A stretch of DNA of 64,000 bases, taken from positions 20,244 through 84,243 of the forward strand of contig JAGYKU010000003.1 of NCBI GenBank assembly GCA_018401455.1, read 5' to 3'. The position numbers and the translations under genes were made by a program. A model generated the notes under the pieces. It did not search any database and had not been told where the DNA came from. It saw nothing but the letters and a program-made list of their open reading frames with translations. This DNA is from Flavobacteriales bacterium (GTDB lineage: Bacteria; Bacteroidota; Bacteroidia; Flavobacteriales_D; Parvicellaceae). Shown here one piece after another: positions 39,910-51,584 of this stretch (position 1 is its first letter; each line of letters begins with the position of its first letter).

Positions 39910-40662
39910 TTAACTAAAAAACTTCATTAAATCATCTTTTCTAGAAGCGGAAACATCTACATAAGAGCCATCTTGCATCTCAATTTGTCCGCCTTTTCCT
40001 TTCTTATAACTTTTGATATAATTCATATTGACAATATGAGAGCGGTGAACCCTCAAAAACATGTCATCTTGCAAAGTGTCTTCATAAAACTTGAGTGTCC
40101 TGCAAATCACTTTTTTGGTTTTATCTTTCAAATAGAAGTTGGTGAAATTATCATTTGCCTCCAACCGAATAATTTGATCCATATCTACTACATCAAAACC
40201 ATCTAAAGTCGGAAGTACCACTTTTTTATTAGAATTTTGTTTGAGGTTTTCTAACAGGACTTTAGTTTGAATTTGAATATTCTCAGACGTTTCCCTTTCA
40301 ATTTCCTGAGCTACTTTTTTCACAGCTTGCTCTAATTCTTCAATATCTATGGGTTTTAAAATATAATAACTAGCACTGTAATTCAATGCTTTGATAGCGT
40401 AATTGCTATATGCAGTTACAAAAATCACCTTGAATTGAATATTTTGAATTCTTTCTAATAAATCAAATGCGTTTCCAAAAGGCATTTCAACATCTAAAAA
40501 AATAAGTTGAGGTTGATGTTTTTCTATCGCTTTTTGTCCCTCGATAATATTTTCGCATTCATCCACAATAGTAACTTGAGGACAATACTTTTGAAGGTAA
40601 TTTCTCAAGGTAGCACGACTTCTTTCTTCGTCTTCAACAATTATGGTAGGTATGGTTTTCAA
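39910..40662 (-). CDS. LytR/AlgR family response regulator
   Basis: VEDE, FLDVEMP, FVTAY, LKP, FLRVHRSHIVN; likely TTG start at 40662. Confidence 0.92.
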   Translation of the reverse strand: MKTIPTIIVEDEERSRATLRNYLQKYCPQVTIVDECENIIEGQKAIEKHQPQLIFLDVEMPFGNAFDLLERIQNIQFKVIFVTAYSNYAIKALNYSASYYILKPIDIEELEQAVKKVAQEIERETSENIQIQTKVLLENLKQNSNKKVVLPTLDGFDVVDMDQIIRLEANDNFTNFYLKDKTKKVICRTLKFYEDTLQDDMFLRVHRSHIVNMNYIKSYKKGKGGQIEMQDGSYVDVSASRKDDLMKFFS

Positions 40663-41046
40663 AAAGTAAGTTTTAATTTCAGTGTAAATATAAAAAGAAT
40701 TTGAAAATATCGTGAATACGAATGTTGGGTAATTTAAATACAAATTCAAAGTAGAATAACTGCAAAAAAAAATGAGCATTTCCAAAGGTAGCAGATAGTT
40801 TGGCTTTGTAATAGGAAACTTGTGGCTTAATAGACATTTTTAATGGTCAAAAGTTCCAAAACCACTATATAGACTACCTTTGAGGCAAATCAAATGTTAT
40901 GAATAAAAAAATGAAGTTCAAGTGTTTCACCCTTCACCCTTTCAATGAAGTCGTTTTAATCTTCAGCTTTCAACAATTTTGTACTCCAAACTCAAAAAAT
41001 CTTTTGAAAAACATAACTTTAGTGAAATTCGAAACATCAATTCTAT

Positions 41047-42018
41047 TTAAGTCAATCTCCACTTTTTTTGAATCCTTTCTTGCATTTGTTTTTCATCTTG
41101 AAAAGTCCACGCTACAATTCTAGTAGATTTTTGTCCATGTTGCATATCTATTGTTTCTACTCTCAATGCTTTCACATCTTGAAGTATTTTATAGACTTGT
41201 TTTAGATTAGATTCTTTTGATATTAAAGTTGTAAACCAAATACAATTAGCACCGAAATTTCTACTTTCATAAATCATGTCTTTTACAAATCTTGCTTCTC
41301 CGCCTTTGCACCATAATTCGTTGCTTTGACCCGCAAAATTAACTTCTTCATTTACTGCTTGTTTTCCTTTTAGGTTTTTTATTTTTCGTTGTGTACCTTT
41401 ATTAGCTTCTTCTGCAGATGCATGAAATGGGGGATTACAAATAGTCAAATCAATACAAGCATCTCGTTTTAATATGCCATGAAAAACATCTTTTGATTTG
41501 GTTTGCAGAATAAACTCAATAAAATTTAATTTGGGTTTATAGAATTTGGCGTTTTGTTTTGCAGAGGCCATAGATATAGCATCAATTTCTGAGCCGATAA
41601 ATGACCAGCCATATTCGTGATTTCCAATAATTGGATATACGCAATTGGCTCCAACTCCGATGTCCAATACTTTTATTTTATTCGTAGTAGGAACAATTCC
41701 TTTATTACAAGTTGCGAGCAAATCAGCTACGTGATGAATATAATCGGCTCTTCCAGGAATTGGAGGGCACAAATATCCTTTCGGGACATCCCAATTGGAA
41801 ACCCCGTAAAAATACATCAATAATGATTTGTTCAGTGATTTAACAGCTTCTGTATCAAAAAAATCAATGGTTTCTTTTCCATATTGATTAATATGCACAA
41901 ATTTTGACAAACTTGTATTGGCATTTATTAGTGCTTCAAAATCATAATTAAATTTATGCTTATTTCTTGGGTGAAGGTTGGTTTTAATCTCGATAGCCTT
42001 CTTTTGCTTTGATTCCAT
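41047..42018 (-). CDS. rlmF: 23S rRNA (adenine1618-N6)-methyltransferase
   Basis: LHPRNKH, LCPPIPGRADY, LDIGVGANCVYP, CNPPF. Confidence 0.95.
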   Translation of the reverse strand: MESKQKKAIEIKTNLHPRNKHKFNYDFEALINANTSLSKFVHINQYGKETIDFFDTEAVKSLNKSLLMYFYGVSNWDVPKGYLCPPIPGRADYIHHVADLLATCNKGIVPTTNKIKVLDIGVGANCVYPIIGNHEYGWSFIGSEIDAISMASAKQNAKFYKPKLNFIEFILQTKSKDVFHGILKRDACIDLTICNPPFHASAEEANKGTQRKIKNLKGKQAVNEEVNFAGQSNELWCKGGEARFVKDMIYESRNFGANCIWFTTLISKESNLKQVYKILQDVKALRVETIDMQHGQKSTRIVAWTFQDEKQMQERIQKKWRLT

Positions 42019-42063
42019 ATTTTACAAAGGAACGTAAATTGTTTCAAATTATGTTTTAAAAAG

Positions 42064-44215
42064 CTATATTTCATTAAATATAATTTTGTACTCTGTACCT
42101 CTTTTAATGTTCGTTTTAATCAATTGACCATTTAATTGATGAGTTAATTCTTCAATCAACATCAGACCAAGTGATTTTAAATTTTCAATATTTTCAGGTT
42201 TTGTATATCCTTTTCCATTGTCTCCTATAACCAATTCATAATTACCGAAATCATTTTTGTTTATTTTAAGATAAATAAGATCTTTTTCGTTGTTATTTAA
42301 ACCATGTTTTAAAGAATTAGAAATAATTTCGTTTACTATTAAACCTAGTGGAATACTTGTGTCAATGTTAAAATTAACATCTGCATCTATTTCAAAATTG
42401 ATTTTACTGTCATTACTAAAATAGGAGTAAATTAAGTCAGGAATTAGTTTTTTTAAATAATCTTCAAATTTTATATCTCCAAAATTGGTTGATTGGTATA
42501 GTAATTCGTGAATTCCTCCGATAGATTTAATCCTATTCTGACTTTCTCTGAAAAGGTATAATATAGACTTATCGTTTATAAATGAACTTTGAAGATTGAG
42601 CAAACTTGAAATAATTTGCATATTGTTTTTAACTCTATGATGCACTTCTTTTAGTAGGATTTCTCTTTCATGAAGCGTGTTTTTAAGTTCAATTTCAGCA
42701 GCTCTTTCTAAAGTCACGTCTTTCACAATGCAGTAAATTAATCCAGTATCTTTGTCTGAAGCGGAATTCCAATTTAAGATTCTGTAATTACCATCTGCTG
42801 TAATATATCTATTTTCAAAATCTGTTATATACTCACCAGATATAGAATTTTCAAAAGCTTCAATTGTTTTATTTATATCATCTTTGTGAATATAATCGAT
42901 GAATTTTCTGCCAATAAGTTCATTTCTTGAAAATCCCAAGGATTTTTCCCAACCTTTACTAACTTTTACAAATTCACCATCAAAATTGGCTACACATAGC
43001 ATGTCCATTGAAAGTTTGAAGAATTTGTTTAATTCTATTTCGGTTGTGATACTATTGGTAATGTCTTGGGCATAACCCATAATTTTGACCACCTTTCCTT
43101 TGTTGTTTTTAACTGGAATACCAGTGCCAAAAATCCATTTTTTATTTCCTTCAGGTGTTTCTATTCCATGTTGAATAGTGTACTTTTCTCCGTTTAGAGC
43201 AATTTGAGTACATCTTTCTAATTCAGATAAATCTTGTTTCAAAATCCTAGAAATATATGACTCGTATAATCTTTCGCTAGATGTGTTTTTGTCAATTTCG
43301 AAAATGTTAAATAATTCATCAGACCATATTAAGTCTTTTGTTTTAACATCAAATTCCCAACTTCCAATTTTTGATAAACTTTGAGAAGATTTTAAAAGGA
43401 ATTCTTGTTGTTTTAATTTTTCTTCAATCTCTTTTCTTTCAAAAAAATAAGGAATTTGTGGCTTTGATTTTAGTTTTTGATTGATGATTTCTTTTTCAAG
43501 ATAATGTTCAATTTTATCTTGATGAGCCATCACAAATGTACAGTTCTCATCACCTTTGGCTCTGCAAGTTAATTCAACAGCAGTTAATGGAATACCATAA
43601 CTTTCAGAACACCATCCAGAAGAATAAGCAGCATTCATGGTGCATACAGGTTCTTTAGATTTTTCTCCTTTTTTTATCCATGCATTAGCTTCAAAAGAAT
43701 AAGGATGATTGTATTTTAGAAAGAAGTTTTCATCTGGTGATGGATTACTTTCTTCAAGAATTTCCACAAAAGCCCATCCTGAGTATGCAAAATGAACAGG
43801 ACCTGCTGATAGTTTTTCAATAGGATTTTCAAGTTTCATAATATTATGAAACTTTTTTGCATCTTCTTTACCTATTAGGTGTCCGATGTCAAACAGGAAG
43901 TCGCTAGCAAACTCAAATGATTCCTTTGGAGATTTTTCAGGGTAAAGTTCTTTTATGTTTTTGTAAAAATCAATCGATAAAGAAGAGGCTCTAACTAAAA
44001 TATATCTTTCATCATTAATTTCAATACTTCCTTTTTCAGGATTAAAATTAAGTTTTGAAAAATATTCATTTACAGTTTTTGAGCATTTTCAAAAAAGACA
44101 AAAATTGATCAGGAACAGAAACTGTTTCTCTTTTTAAACAATTTTTTAATTGCTTGAGTTCAGATTCAAGAACTTCAATTTTAGAAAGGATTTCATTTTT
44201 TTGCGACTCACTCAT
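42064..44215 (-). CDS. Sensor histidine kinase: XylR_N/V4R-like input, two PAS domains, HisKA_2 plus HATPase; one frameshift near 44090-44105
   Basis: GSIEINDERYILVR, FAYSGW...C...GW...E.TCRAKGD..C.F (V4R), EVHHRVKNN, NEIISNSLKH, DNGKG; the N-terminus MSESQK is in another frame across A/T homopolymers. Confidence 0.82.
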
Positions 44216-44219
44216 TATT

Positions 44220-45389
44220 CTAAAAATTTTCTTTAATAAAGGTAAGAATGTTTTTATCTTCTTCAGTAAAGGCAACTTTTCTTCGAGCCATTACTTTTTC
44301 TGCTACTTCAAATGCCTTATCAAGCCTAAAGTCTTCAAGATTTTCTTTCCCACCCCAAGAAAATGAAGGAATATGTTTTGGAGGGAACCCACCATCAAAA
44401 ACATTGGCGCATACTCCAACTACTGTCCCTGTATTAAACATTGTGTTGATACTGCTTTTGGAATGGTCGCCCATGATTAATCCGCAAAACTGTTGACCGC
44501 TTTCTATGTAGTCATTTTCATTGTAAGACCAAACTTTTACCTCGCTGTAATTGTTTTTTAAATTTGATGTATTGGTATCCGCTCCTAAATTACACCATTC
44601 ACCCAAAACGCTATTGCCCAAATAACCGTCATGACCTTTGTTGCTGTATCCAATAATCACCGAATTTCCAATTTCGCCACCAACTTTACTGTGAGGTCCG
44701 ATTGTTGTTGGACCATATATCTTTGCTCCCATTTTTACTGTGGCATTTTCGCAAAGAGCAAAACTACCTCTAATCATACTTCCCTCCATGATTTCAGCGT
44801 TTTTCCCAATATATATAGGACCTTCCAACGTATTTAAGGTTGAAGCATAAATTTGAGTTCCTTCTTCAATAAAAAGATGTTCCTCATCGCCAATTAATAT
44901 ATTGCTCTCGTGGAGTTCTGCAGAGGTTTTACCTTCGGTAAGAATTGAGAAATCTTTTTCAATTTCCAAGCCATTTTGCAAGAAAATATCCCATGGTCTG
45001 TTGATGAAATTTACGTCTAAATCATATTCTAAAACCAAAGCACCTTTGAGTTCTTTTTCTAGGTTGGCATCTGCTTTTGGCATAGGTTTAATCGCGATAA
45101 CCTGACCTTTTTTCATAAGGATTTGATTGTCTTTCAAATCTAGAATTGTCTCAGCCAAATCAAAAGTAGGGAGTACTGTAGCATTGATTCCCAAATCCTG
45201 AGCATCGTCAGCACTTTTAAATTTCACTTGCAAATAATCTTTGGTACGAATATTACAACTTTGATTGAGATAATAATTCCATTTTTCTTCGATAGTCAAA
45301 ATACCAACTCTCAGGTGTGCAACCGGTCTGGTGAAAGTGAGGGGTAATAAATTTTTATGACCAATTCCATCAAATAATACAATATTCAT
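44220..45389 (-). CDS. GlmU-family putative sugar nucleotidyltransferase with hexapeptide repeats
   Basis: LLPLTFTRPVAHLRVGILTI, NKGHDGYLGNS, GEWCNLGA. Confidence 0.88.
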   Translation of the reverse strand: MNIVLFDGIGHKNLLPLTFTRPVAHLRVGILTIEEKWNYYLNQSCNIRTKDYLQVKFKSADDAQDLGINATVLPTFDLAETILDLKDNQILMKKGQVIAIKPMPKADANLEKELKGALVLEYDLDVNFINRPWDIFLQNGLEIEKDFSILTEGKTSAELHESNILIGDEEHLFIEEGTQIYASTLNTLEGPIYIGKNAEIMEGSMIRGSFALCENATVKMGAKIYGPTTIGPHSKVGGEIGNSVIIGYSNKGHDGYLGNSVLGEWCNLGADTNTSNLKNNYSEVKVWSYNENDYIESGQQFCGLIMGDHSKSSINTMFNTGTVVGVCANVFDGGFPPKHIPSFSWGGKENLEDFRLDKAFEVAEKVMARRKVAFTEEDKNILTFIKENF

Positions 45390-45519
45390 AAAAGAGTTTT
45401 TTTAAAGTAAAAGATTTTGAAACACAAATATACGAAAACTAAGCACCAAAATAAAACAAAAAAACCTCCACTTACAATTGTAAATGAAGGTTTTGAATAT
45501 TTTGTAAGAAATATTAAAA

Positions 45520-45768
45520 TTATTTCTTTTTGTAACGCGTGTTGAATTTATCAATTCTTCCAGCAGTATCCACCAATTGTTGCTTACCTGTGAAGAAAGG
45601 ATGAGACATGTGAGAAATCTCTAATTTTACAACTGGGTATTCATTTCCATCTTCCCATACTACTGTGTCAGTAGTCTCGCAACAACTTTTTGTAATAAAA
45701 GAATATTCATTCGACATATCTTTAAACACTACTAATCTATAGTTTTCTGGGTGTATTTCTTTTCTCAT
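45520..45768 (-). CDS. rpmE2: 50S ribosomal protein L31 type B
   Basis: MRKEIHPENYR, SHPFFTGKQ, DTAGRIDKF. Confidence 0.95.
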   Translation of the reverse strand: MRKEIHPENYRLVVFKDMSNEYSFITKSCCETTDTVVWEDGNEYPVVKLEISHMSHPFFTGKQQLVDTAGRIDKFNTRYKKK

Positions 45769-45949
45769 CTTGTTTTGTCTTAAATAATTTCGGGGTGCAA
45801 ATGTAAATCTTCCTTTTGATATCTACAAATTATGTAGTGTTTTTTTTAGAATTTATTTACGAGTTAGGATTTGTTATCGTTAAAACTTATCACAATGATA
45901 GTGAATATTCGTAAATTAATGATATATTTGGGCTTTCAAAAAAAATCAA

Positions 45950-46478
45950 TTGACAAAAATATTTTTAATAAGAGGATTGTTCGTGTTTGCATTAGTTGCG
46001 ATTTTTGGTTTTGCACCTGCTAAAAATGATGTGCATGAAGCCTATTTGAGTGTTACTAAAATAACCTTTAATGAAACGAACAAATCTTTTGAATGTGAGA
46101 TGAAAATTACCGCACACGATTTGGAAAAATCTTTGAAGATAATTTCTGGAAAACCTGTAGTTTTAGATAAAGAAAGTATGCGCAACTCCAATAATAAACT
46201 GGTGAGTCAGTACCTTCAAAATAAATTTCATGTAAAAATAAACGATGAAAAGATTTATTTAGATTTTGTTGGTTATGAAATTGAAACCAACGATGACGGA
46301 TGGATTTTTTTTGAAATTAAAGTGCCAAAAGAATTAAAAACATTAGAACTTAAGTAATCTCGTTTTGACAGAAACATTTAGTTTGCAACAAAATGTTACC
46401 CATATTTTTATAAAGAAATGAAACAAAGTTTTGTGTTTACAAAAGTAGATACACATCAAATATTTAATTGGAATGAAT
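45950..46478 (+). CDS. DUF6702-like exported protein; frameshift near 46350 (ORF 45950-46357); end approximate
   Basis: HEAYLSVT, HDLEKSL; the continuation SNLVLTETFSLQQN lies in another frame. Confidence 0.6.
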
Positions 46479-48773
46479 AAAATAGTTATCTTCTTACTAC
46501 CCCTAATGGTAAGTTTTAACTTTATTGCTCAAAAAGAAAGTTATAACAACAATAAGTTTAAGCAATTAGATCAAGAACTTGCAACTCCCAATGTTTACAG
46601 AACAGGTGCTGGCGCTCCAGGGCATTCTTATTATCAGAACAGAGCAGATTATAAAATGGAAATCTCGCTTGATGATAGTAAACAAAAAATCACAGGTAAA
46701 GAAACCATTACTTACCACAACGCATCTCCCGATCCATTGGAATATTTATGGATTCAGTTAGACCAAAATGTAAGAGCAAATAGTAGCGATTCTTATAAAA
46801 TTAGAACTGGTACAATGGAAGAATTTTCTTTGAATACTTTGGTTCGAATGGATAATAATGAAAAATTTGATGGAGGTTTTAAAATCACATCTGTTACCAA
46901 TGATAAAAACGAGCCACTATCGCATATTATCAATAAAACGATGATGCGAATCAACTTAACTCAGTCACTTGCTCCTGGAGCATCTATGTCTTTTAATGTT
47001 GAATGGTGGTACAACATTAATGATAGAGATAAAATAGGTGGTAGATCGGGTTACGAATATTTTGAAGATGAAGGAAATTATCTATATACAATCGCTCAGT
47101 TTTTTCCAAGAATGTGTGTTTATAATGATGAAACTGGTTGGCAAAACAAACAGTTTTTAGGTGCAGGAGAATTTACTTTGCCTTTTGGAGATTATGAAGT
47201 GCATTTGACTGTTCCAGACAATCACGTAGTTGCTGCAACAGGAGAACTTCAAAATGTAGATGAAATTCTTACAAGTGCTCAAAAAGAAAGAATAGAAAAA
47301 GCTAAAAGCGAAGAAAATACACCAGTTTTTATTATCACAGAGAAGGAAGCGATTAAAAATGAAAAGACTTCTGCTAAGGGAACAAAAACATGGGTTTACA
47401 AAGCCGAAAACGTAAGAGATTTTGGTTGGGCATCTTCCAAGAAATTTATTTGGGATGCCATGATTGTGAAACAAGAAACCAAAAATACATTGGCAATGTC
47501 TTATTATCCTAAAGAAGGAAATCCTCTTTGGGAGCAATACAGTACCAAAGCAGTGGCTCAAACTCTAAGAACTTATTCAAAACATACTTTCGATTATCCT
47601 TATCCAGTTGCGATAAGTGTGCATTCAAAGCAAATTGGAATGGAATATCCAATGATTTGTTTTAATGGAGGAAGACCAGAACCCGATGGAACCTATTCCG
47701 AAAGAACAAAGTACGGAATGATTGGCGTTATCATTCACGAAGTGGGACACAATTATTTTCCTATGATTGTAAATTCTGACGAACGTCAATGGACATGGAT
47801 GGATGAAGGGTTGAATACTTTTTTGCAGTTTCTAACAGAAAAAGAATGGGACAAAGATTATCCTAGTAGAAGAGGTCCTGCTTATCAAATTGTGGACTAT
47901 ATGAGCGGAGACAAGAGTTTTATTTCTCCTATCATGACCAATAGCGAATCGATATGGCAGTTTGGGCCTAATGCTTATGGGAAACCTGCTACGGCTTTGA
48001 ATATTTTGAGAGAAACTGTTATGGGTAGAGAATTATTTGATTACGCTTTCAAAATGTATGCAAATAGATGGATGTTCAAACACCCAACTCCTGCTGATTT
48101 TTTCAGAACAATGGAAGACGCTAGTGCGGTAGATTTGGATTGGTTTTGGAGAGGATGGTTTTTTACGAATGAAAACGTAGATATCGCCATTACGGATATG
48201 AAGTATTTTACATTAAGCACTAAAAATCCTGCAATTGAAAACCCAATCAAAAAGAAAGAAGAAGAAACCATAAAAAATAATGATGTAACTAATGTTCAAA
48301 ATAAGAAAGAACCGAAAAGTTATATCGAAAGAGATGCTTCACTTGTGGATTTTTACAATACTTACGATAAATTTGAAGTAACAGAAAAAGATAAACAAAA
48401 ATATCAGAAGTTTATCAATTCACTTACAGAACAAGAAAAGAATTTATTAAATCAAAAGAAAAACTTTTACGAACTTTCTTTTGAAAACATTGGAGGGCTT
48501 GTGATGCCAGTTATTCTTCTTTTTGAATTTGAAGATGGAACAACTGAATTACAAAGAATACCAGCAGAGATATGGAAAACAGACAACTACAATGTTTCCA
48601 AAATATTTATGTTTGATAAAGTAGTAAAATCTGTGCAGTTGGATCCTTATTTGGAAACAGCCGATACAGATACTTATAACAACAGTTGGCCAAGAAGTCA
48701 ACAACCCACAAGATTTGAATTGTATAAAAAATCCTACAAGCAATCCAATCCTATGCAAGATGCAAAAAAATAA
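46473..48773 (+). CDS. M1 family metallopeptidase (Bacteroidota type)
   Basis: GMEYPM, HEVGH...DEG, YGKP. Confidence 0.93.
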   Translation: MNKIVIFLLPLMVSFNFIAQKESYNNNKFKQLDQELATPNVYRTGAGAPGHSYYQNRADYKMEISLDDSKQKITGKETITYHNASPDPLEYLWIQLDQNVRANSSDSYKIRTGTMEEFSLNTLVRMDNNEKFDGGFKITSVTNDKNEPLSHIINKTMMRINLTQSLAPGASMSFNVEWWYNINDRDKIGGRSGYEYFEDEGNYLYTIAQFFPRMCVYNDETGWQNKQFLGAGEFTLPFGDYEVHLTVPDNHVVAATGELQNVDEILTSAQKERIEKAKSEENTPVFIITEKEAIKNEKTSAKGTKTWVYKAENVRDFGWASSKKFIWDAMIVKQETKNTLAMSYYPKEGNPLWEQYSTKAVAQTLRTYSKHTFDYPYPVAISVHSKQIGMEYPMICFNGGRPEPDGTYSERTKYGMIGVIIHEVGHNYFPMIVNSDERQWTWMDEGLNTFLQFLTEKEWDKDYPSRRGPAYQIVDYMSGDKSFISPIMTNSESIWQFGPNAYGKPATALNILRETVMGRELFDYAFKMYANRWMFKHPTPADFFRTMEDASAVDLDWFWRGWFFTNENVDIAITDMKYFTLSTKNPAIENPIKKKEEETIKNNDVTNVQNKKEPKSYIERDASLVDFYNTYDKFEVTEKDKQKYQKFINSLTEQEKNLLNQKKNFYELSFENIGGLVMPVILLFEFEDGTTELQRIPAEIWKTDNYNVSKIFMFDKVVKSVQLDPYLETADTDTYNNSWPRSQQPTRFELYKKSYKQSNPMQDAKK

Positions 48774-48797
48774 AAGTAGGTAAATAATATTCAAAAC

Positions 48798-50009
48798 ATG
48801 ACATTTCAAGAACTCGGTCTAAACGAAGATATTCTTCAGGCTTTAGACTACATGAATTTTACAAAAGCAACTCCGATACAAGAAAAAGCAATACCTCATA
48901 TTCTCAATAACAAAGATTTGATAGCATGTGCCCAAACAGGAACAGGAAAAACTGGAGCGTTTATTTTACCTATCCTACAAAAGATAGCAGCGTTAAACTC
49001 TGGCAAAACTTCCACTTTGATCATCGTCCCAACCAGAGAATTAGCAACACAAATTGATACTCAAATACAAGGATTGTCTTATTTTACTGGCGCTACATCT
49101 TTTTGTTTGTATGGTGGTGGAAAAAATGGAGATTTAAGAGAACACAAGCAAGCCTTTGAAAACGGTACTGATATTGTGATTGCAACGCCAGGAAAATTAT
49201 TATCTTATTTGATTACAAAAGTGTTTGATCCATCAAGTATCAAACATTTAATTTTGGATGAAGCAGACAGAATGTTGGATATGGGATTCTCCGATGATAT
49301 CGCAAGAATTCTTGGATTTTTACCTCAGGATAGACAAAGTCTAATGTTTAGCGCTACAATGCCACCAAAAATTAGAGATTTCGCAAGGAAACTATTGAAA
49401 AATCCAGAAGAAATTAGTTTGTCTATCTCAAAACCTTCGGAAAGTATCAAACAACAAGTTTACCTTACATTTGAAGAGCAAAAAGTACCTTTATTGATTA
49501 GTTTGATTGAAGCAAGAGAACATTACAACAGTATTTTGATATTTTCTTCTACTATTAAAAAAGTAGATGTAATCGTTAGAGAATTGAACAAAAAGGGATA
49601 CAAGTCTGAAGGGATTTCATCGAGTTATGAGCAAGCCGAAAGAGAATCTAAATTATTGGATTTTGCCAATAAAACCATCAGAATTGTTGTTGCAACAGAT
49701 GTTTTGAGTAGAGGAATTGATGTAAAAGATATCAATTTGGTTGTAAACTTTGATGTGCCTGGAAATCCTGAAGACTATGTGCATAGAATAGGAAGAACGG
49801 CAAGAGCAGCCACCAAAGGAGAGGCAATAACATTTGTGAATCCAGACGACATGCAAAAATTCAGTCAAATTGAAACGTTGATTGAACGATCTTTGGAAAA
49901 AGAAAATGTTCCAGAATCTTTAGGATTAGGAAATAGTCCTGAATGGAATGCAAAAAGCAGAAAACCATCATTTAAAGGTAAGAAAAAGTTTTATAAAAAG
50001 AAGTCATAA
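48798..50009 (+). CDS. DEAD-box RNA helicase
   Basis: AQTGTGKT, PTRELA, DEAD, SAT, HRIGRTAR. Confidence 0.96.
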   Translation: MTFQELGLNEDILQALDYMNFTKATPIQEKAIPHILNNKDLIACAQTGTGKTGAFILPILQKIAALNSGKTSTLIIVPTRELATQIDTQIQGLSYFTGATSFCLYGGGKNGDLREHKQAFENGTDIVIATPGKLLSYLITKVFDPSSIKHLILDEADRMLDMGFSDDIARILGFLPQDRQSLMFSATMPPKIRDFARKLLKNPEEISLSISKPSESIKQQVYLTFEEQKVPLLISLIEAREHYNSILIFSSTIKKVDVIVRELNKKGYKSEGISSSYEQAERESKLLDFANKTIRIVVATDVLSRGIDVKDINLVVNFDVPGNPEDYVHRIGRTARAATKGEAITFVNPDDMQKFSQIETLIERSLEKENVPESLGLGNSPEWNAKSRKPSFKGKKKFYKKKS

Positions 50010-50129
50010 ATTTAGTTTTGGAGTTAAAATTACTTTTCTGATATCCTACATTATAAAAAAGTTGATACTTCAGCAATTTTTGTATATTTTCGTACTGAAA
50101 AAACTTAATTACTTGAAAAATAATCAACT

Positions 50130-51467
50130 ATGGTGATAGATATTCCCAATCCGTATAAGAAAAGATTAGTCATAATAGGAGGAGGTTTTGGCGGCATTCA
50201 ATTGGCTAAGAAACTCAAGAATAAACCTATTCAAGTGGTGATAATTGATAAAAATAATTATCATACTTTTCAACCATTGATGTATCAAGTAGCAACATCT
50301 GTTTTGGAAGCAGAGTCTATTGCATATCCAATCAGGAAGATATTTTCGAGAAGCAAAAACATCTTTTTCAGATTGGGTGAGGTAGATCAAGTAGATCACG
50401 AGAACAATAGAATCATTCTTGGAAATGACGAAATGCAGTATGATTATTTGGCTATCGCTACAGGTGCCAAAACAAATTTCCTCAACAATGAAGGTCTGAC
50501 CATTAGTTCGATGCCGATGAAAAGTGTTTTGGAAGCGTTGGATTTGAGAAGTATGATTTTGCAAAACTTTGAAAAAACACTTCGAAATTCTAATGAACGC
50601 AAGCGTCAAGGTATGATGAATATCGTGATTGCTGGTGCTGGACCTACAGGAGTGGAATTGGCAGGAGCATTAGGAGAACTCAAACAAAAAGTATTTCCGA
50701 AAGATTATCCTGAGTTGGATTTGTCTCAAATGAATGTTTATATCGTCCAGTCGGGTGACAGAGTTTTACCCATGTTGAGTGAAAAGAGTAGTGTAAAAGC
50801 CAAAAAATATCTAGAACAATTAGGTGTTACGGTAGTCTTGAATACAAGAGTTTTGGATTTCTTTGGTGATTACGTACAAACGAATACAGGGCAAGATTTG
50901 ATTGCACGAACATTGATTTGGACTGCAGGAGTAATTGGAAACCCTGTACAAGGTTTGGGAGCAGAGGCGGTAAATAGAGGAGGAAGAATTGAAGTGGATG
51001 CATTCAACAGAGTGAAAGGATATGAAAATGTTTTTGCAGTTGGAGATGTGGCAAGTATGGTTTCTGAAGATTTTCCAAGAGGTCATCCTATGGTAGCGCC
51101 AGCGGCTATGCAACAAGGTGAGCAATTGGCCAAAAATATCCTCAATGAAATCAACGGGCAACCTATGAAGCCTTTTGTGTATAAAGACAAAGGCGCAATG
51201 GCAACCGTAGGAAAAAACAAAGCCGTAGTTGAATTAGGTAAAATGAAATTTGGCGGTTCACCTGCTTGGTTTGTATGGATGGCAGTGCATTTGATGTCTT
51301 TAGTTGGTTTTAGAAACAAATTAGTAACCTTTTTCAACTGGACCAAAAACTATTTCAGTTCTGATAGAGGAATAAGACTCATTGTTACGCCTTTTGATTT
51401 GTACGAAGAAAAACGTAAACGTAAAAAAGAACTAGCTAAATTGGAGAAAGAAAAGGTGAGGGAGTGA
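50130..51467 (+). CDS. ndh: Type II NADH dehydrogenase
   Basis: GGGFGG, FQPLMYQVAT, GAGPTGVELAG, AMQQG, DKGAMATVG. Confidence 0.9.
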   Translation: MVIDIPNPYKKRLVIIGGGFGGIQLAKKLKNKPIQVVIIDKNNYHTFQPLMYQVATSVLEAESIAYPIRKIFSRSKNIFFRLGEVDQVDHENNRIILGNDEMQYDYLAIATGAKTNFLNNEGLTISSMPMKSVLEALDLRSMILQNFEKTLRNSNERKRQGMMNIVIAGAGPTGVELAGALGELKQKVFPKDYPELDLSQMNVYIVQSGDRVLPMLSEKSSVKAKKYLEQLGVTVVLNTRVLDFFGDYVQTNTGQDLIARTLIWTAGVIGNPVQGLGAEAVNRGGRIEVDAFNRVKGYENVFAVGDVASMVSEDFPRGHPMVAPAAMQQGEQLAKNILNEINGQPMKPFVYKDKGAMATVGKNKAVVELGKMKFGGSPAWFVWMAVHLMSLVGFRNKLVTFFNWTKNYFSSDRGIRLIVTPFDLYEEKRKRKKELAKLEKEKVRE

Positions 51468-51584
51468 TTTTTTTTCGTTTTCAGTTGGTTAATGAAGGAA
51501 TCATCATACAAACACAAAAAATTGTTATACAGAACTAATATATTAAATTAAAGTTTTAGATCTAATTACATCATTTTCAAATTT

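Noticed and set aside
45520-45768. Zinc-starvation paralog switch for L31 type B
   Set aside because: Type B is commonly the only L31 in Bacteroidota, and no Zur box or L36 partner is seen.
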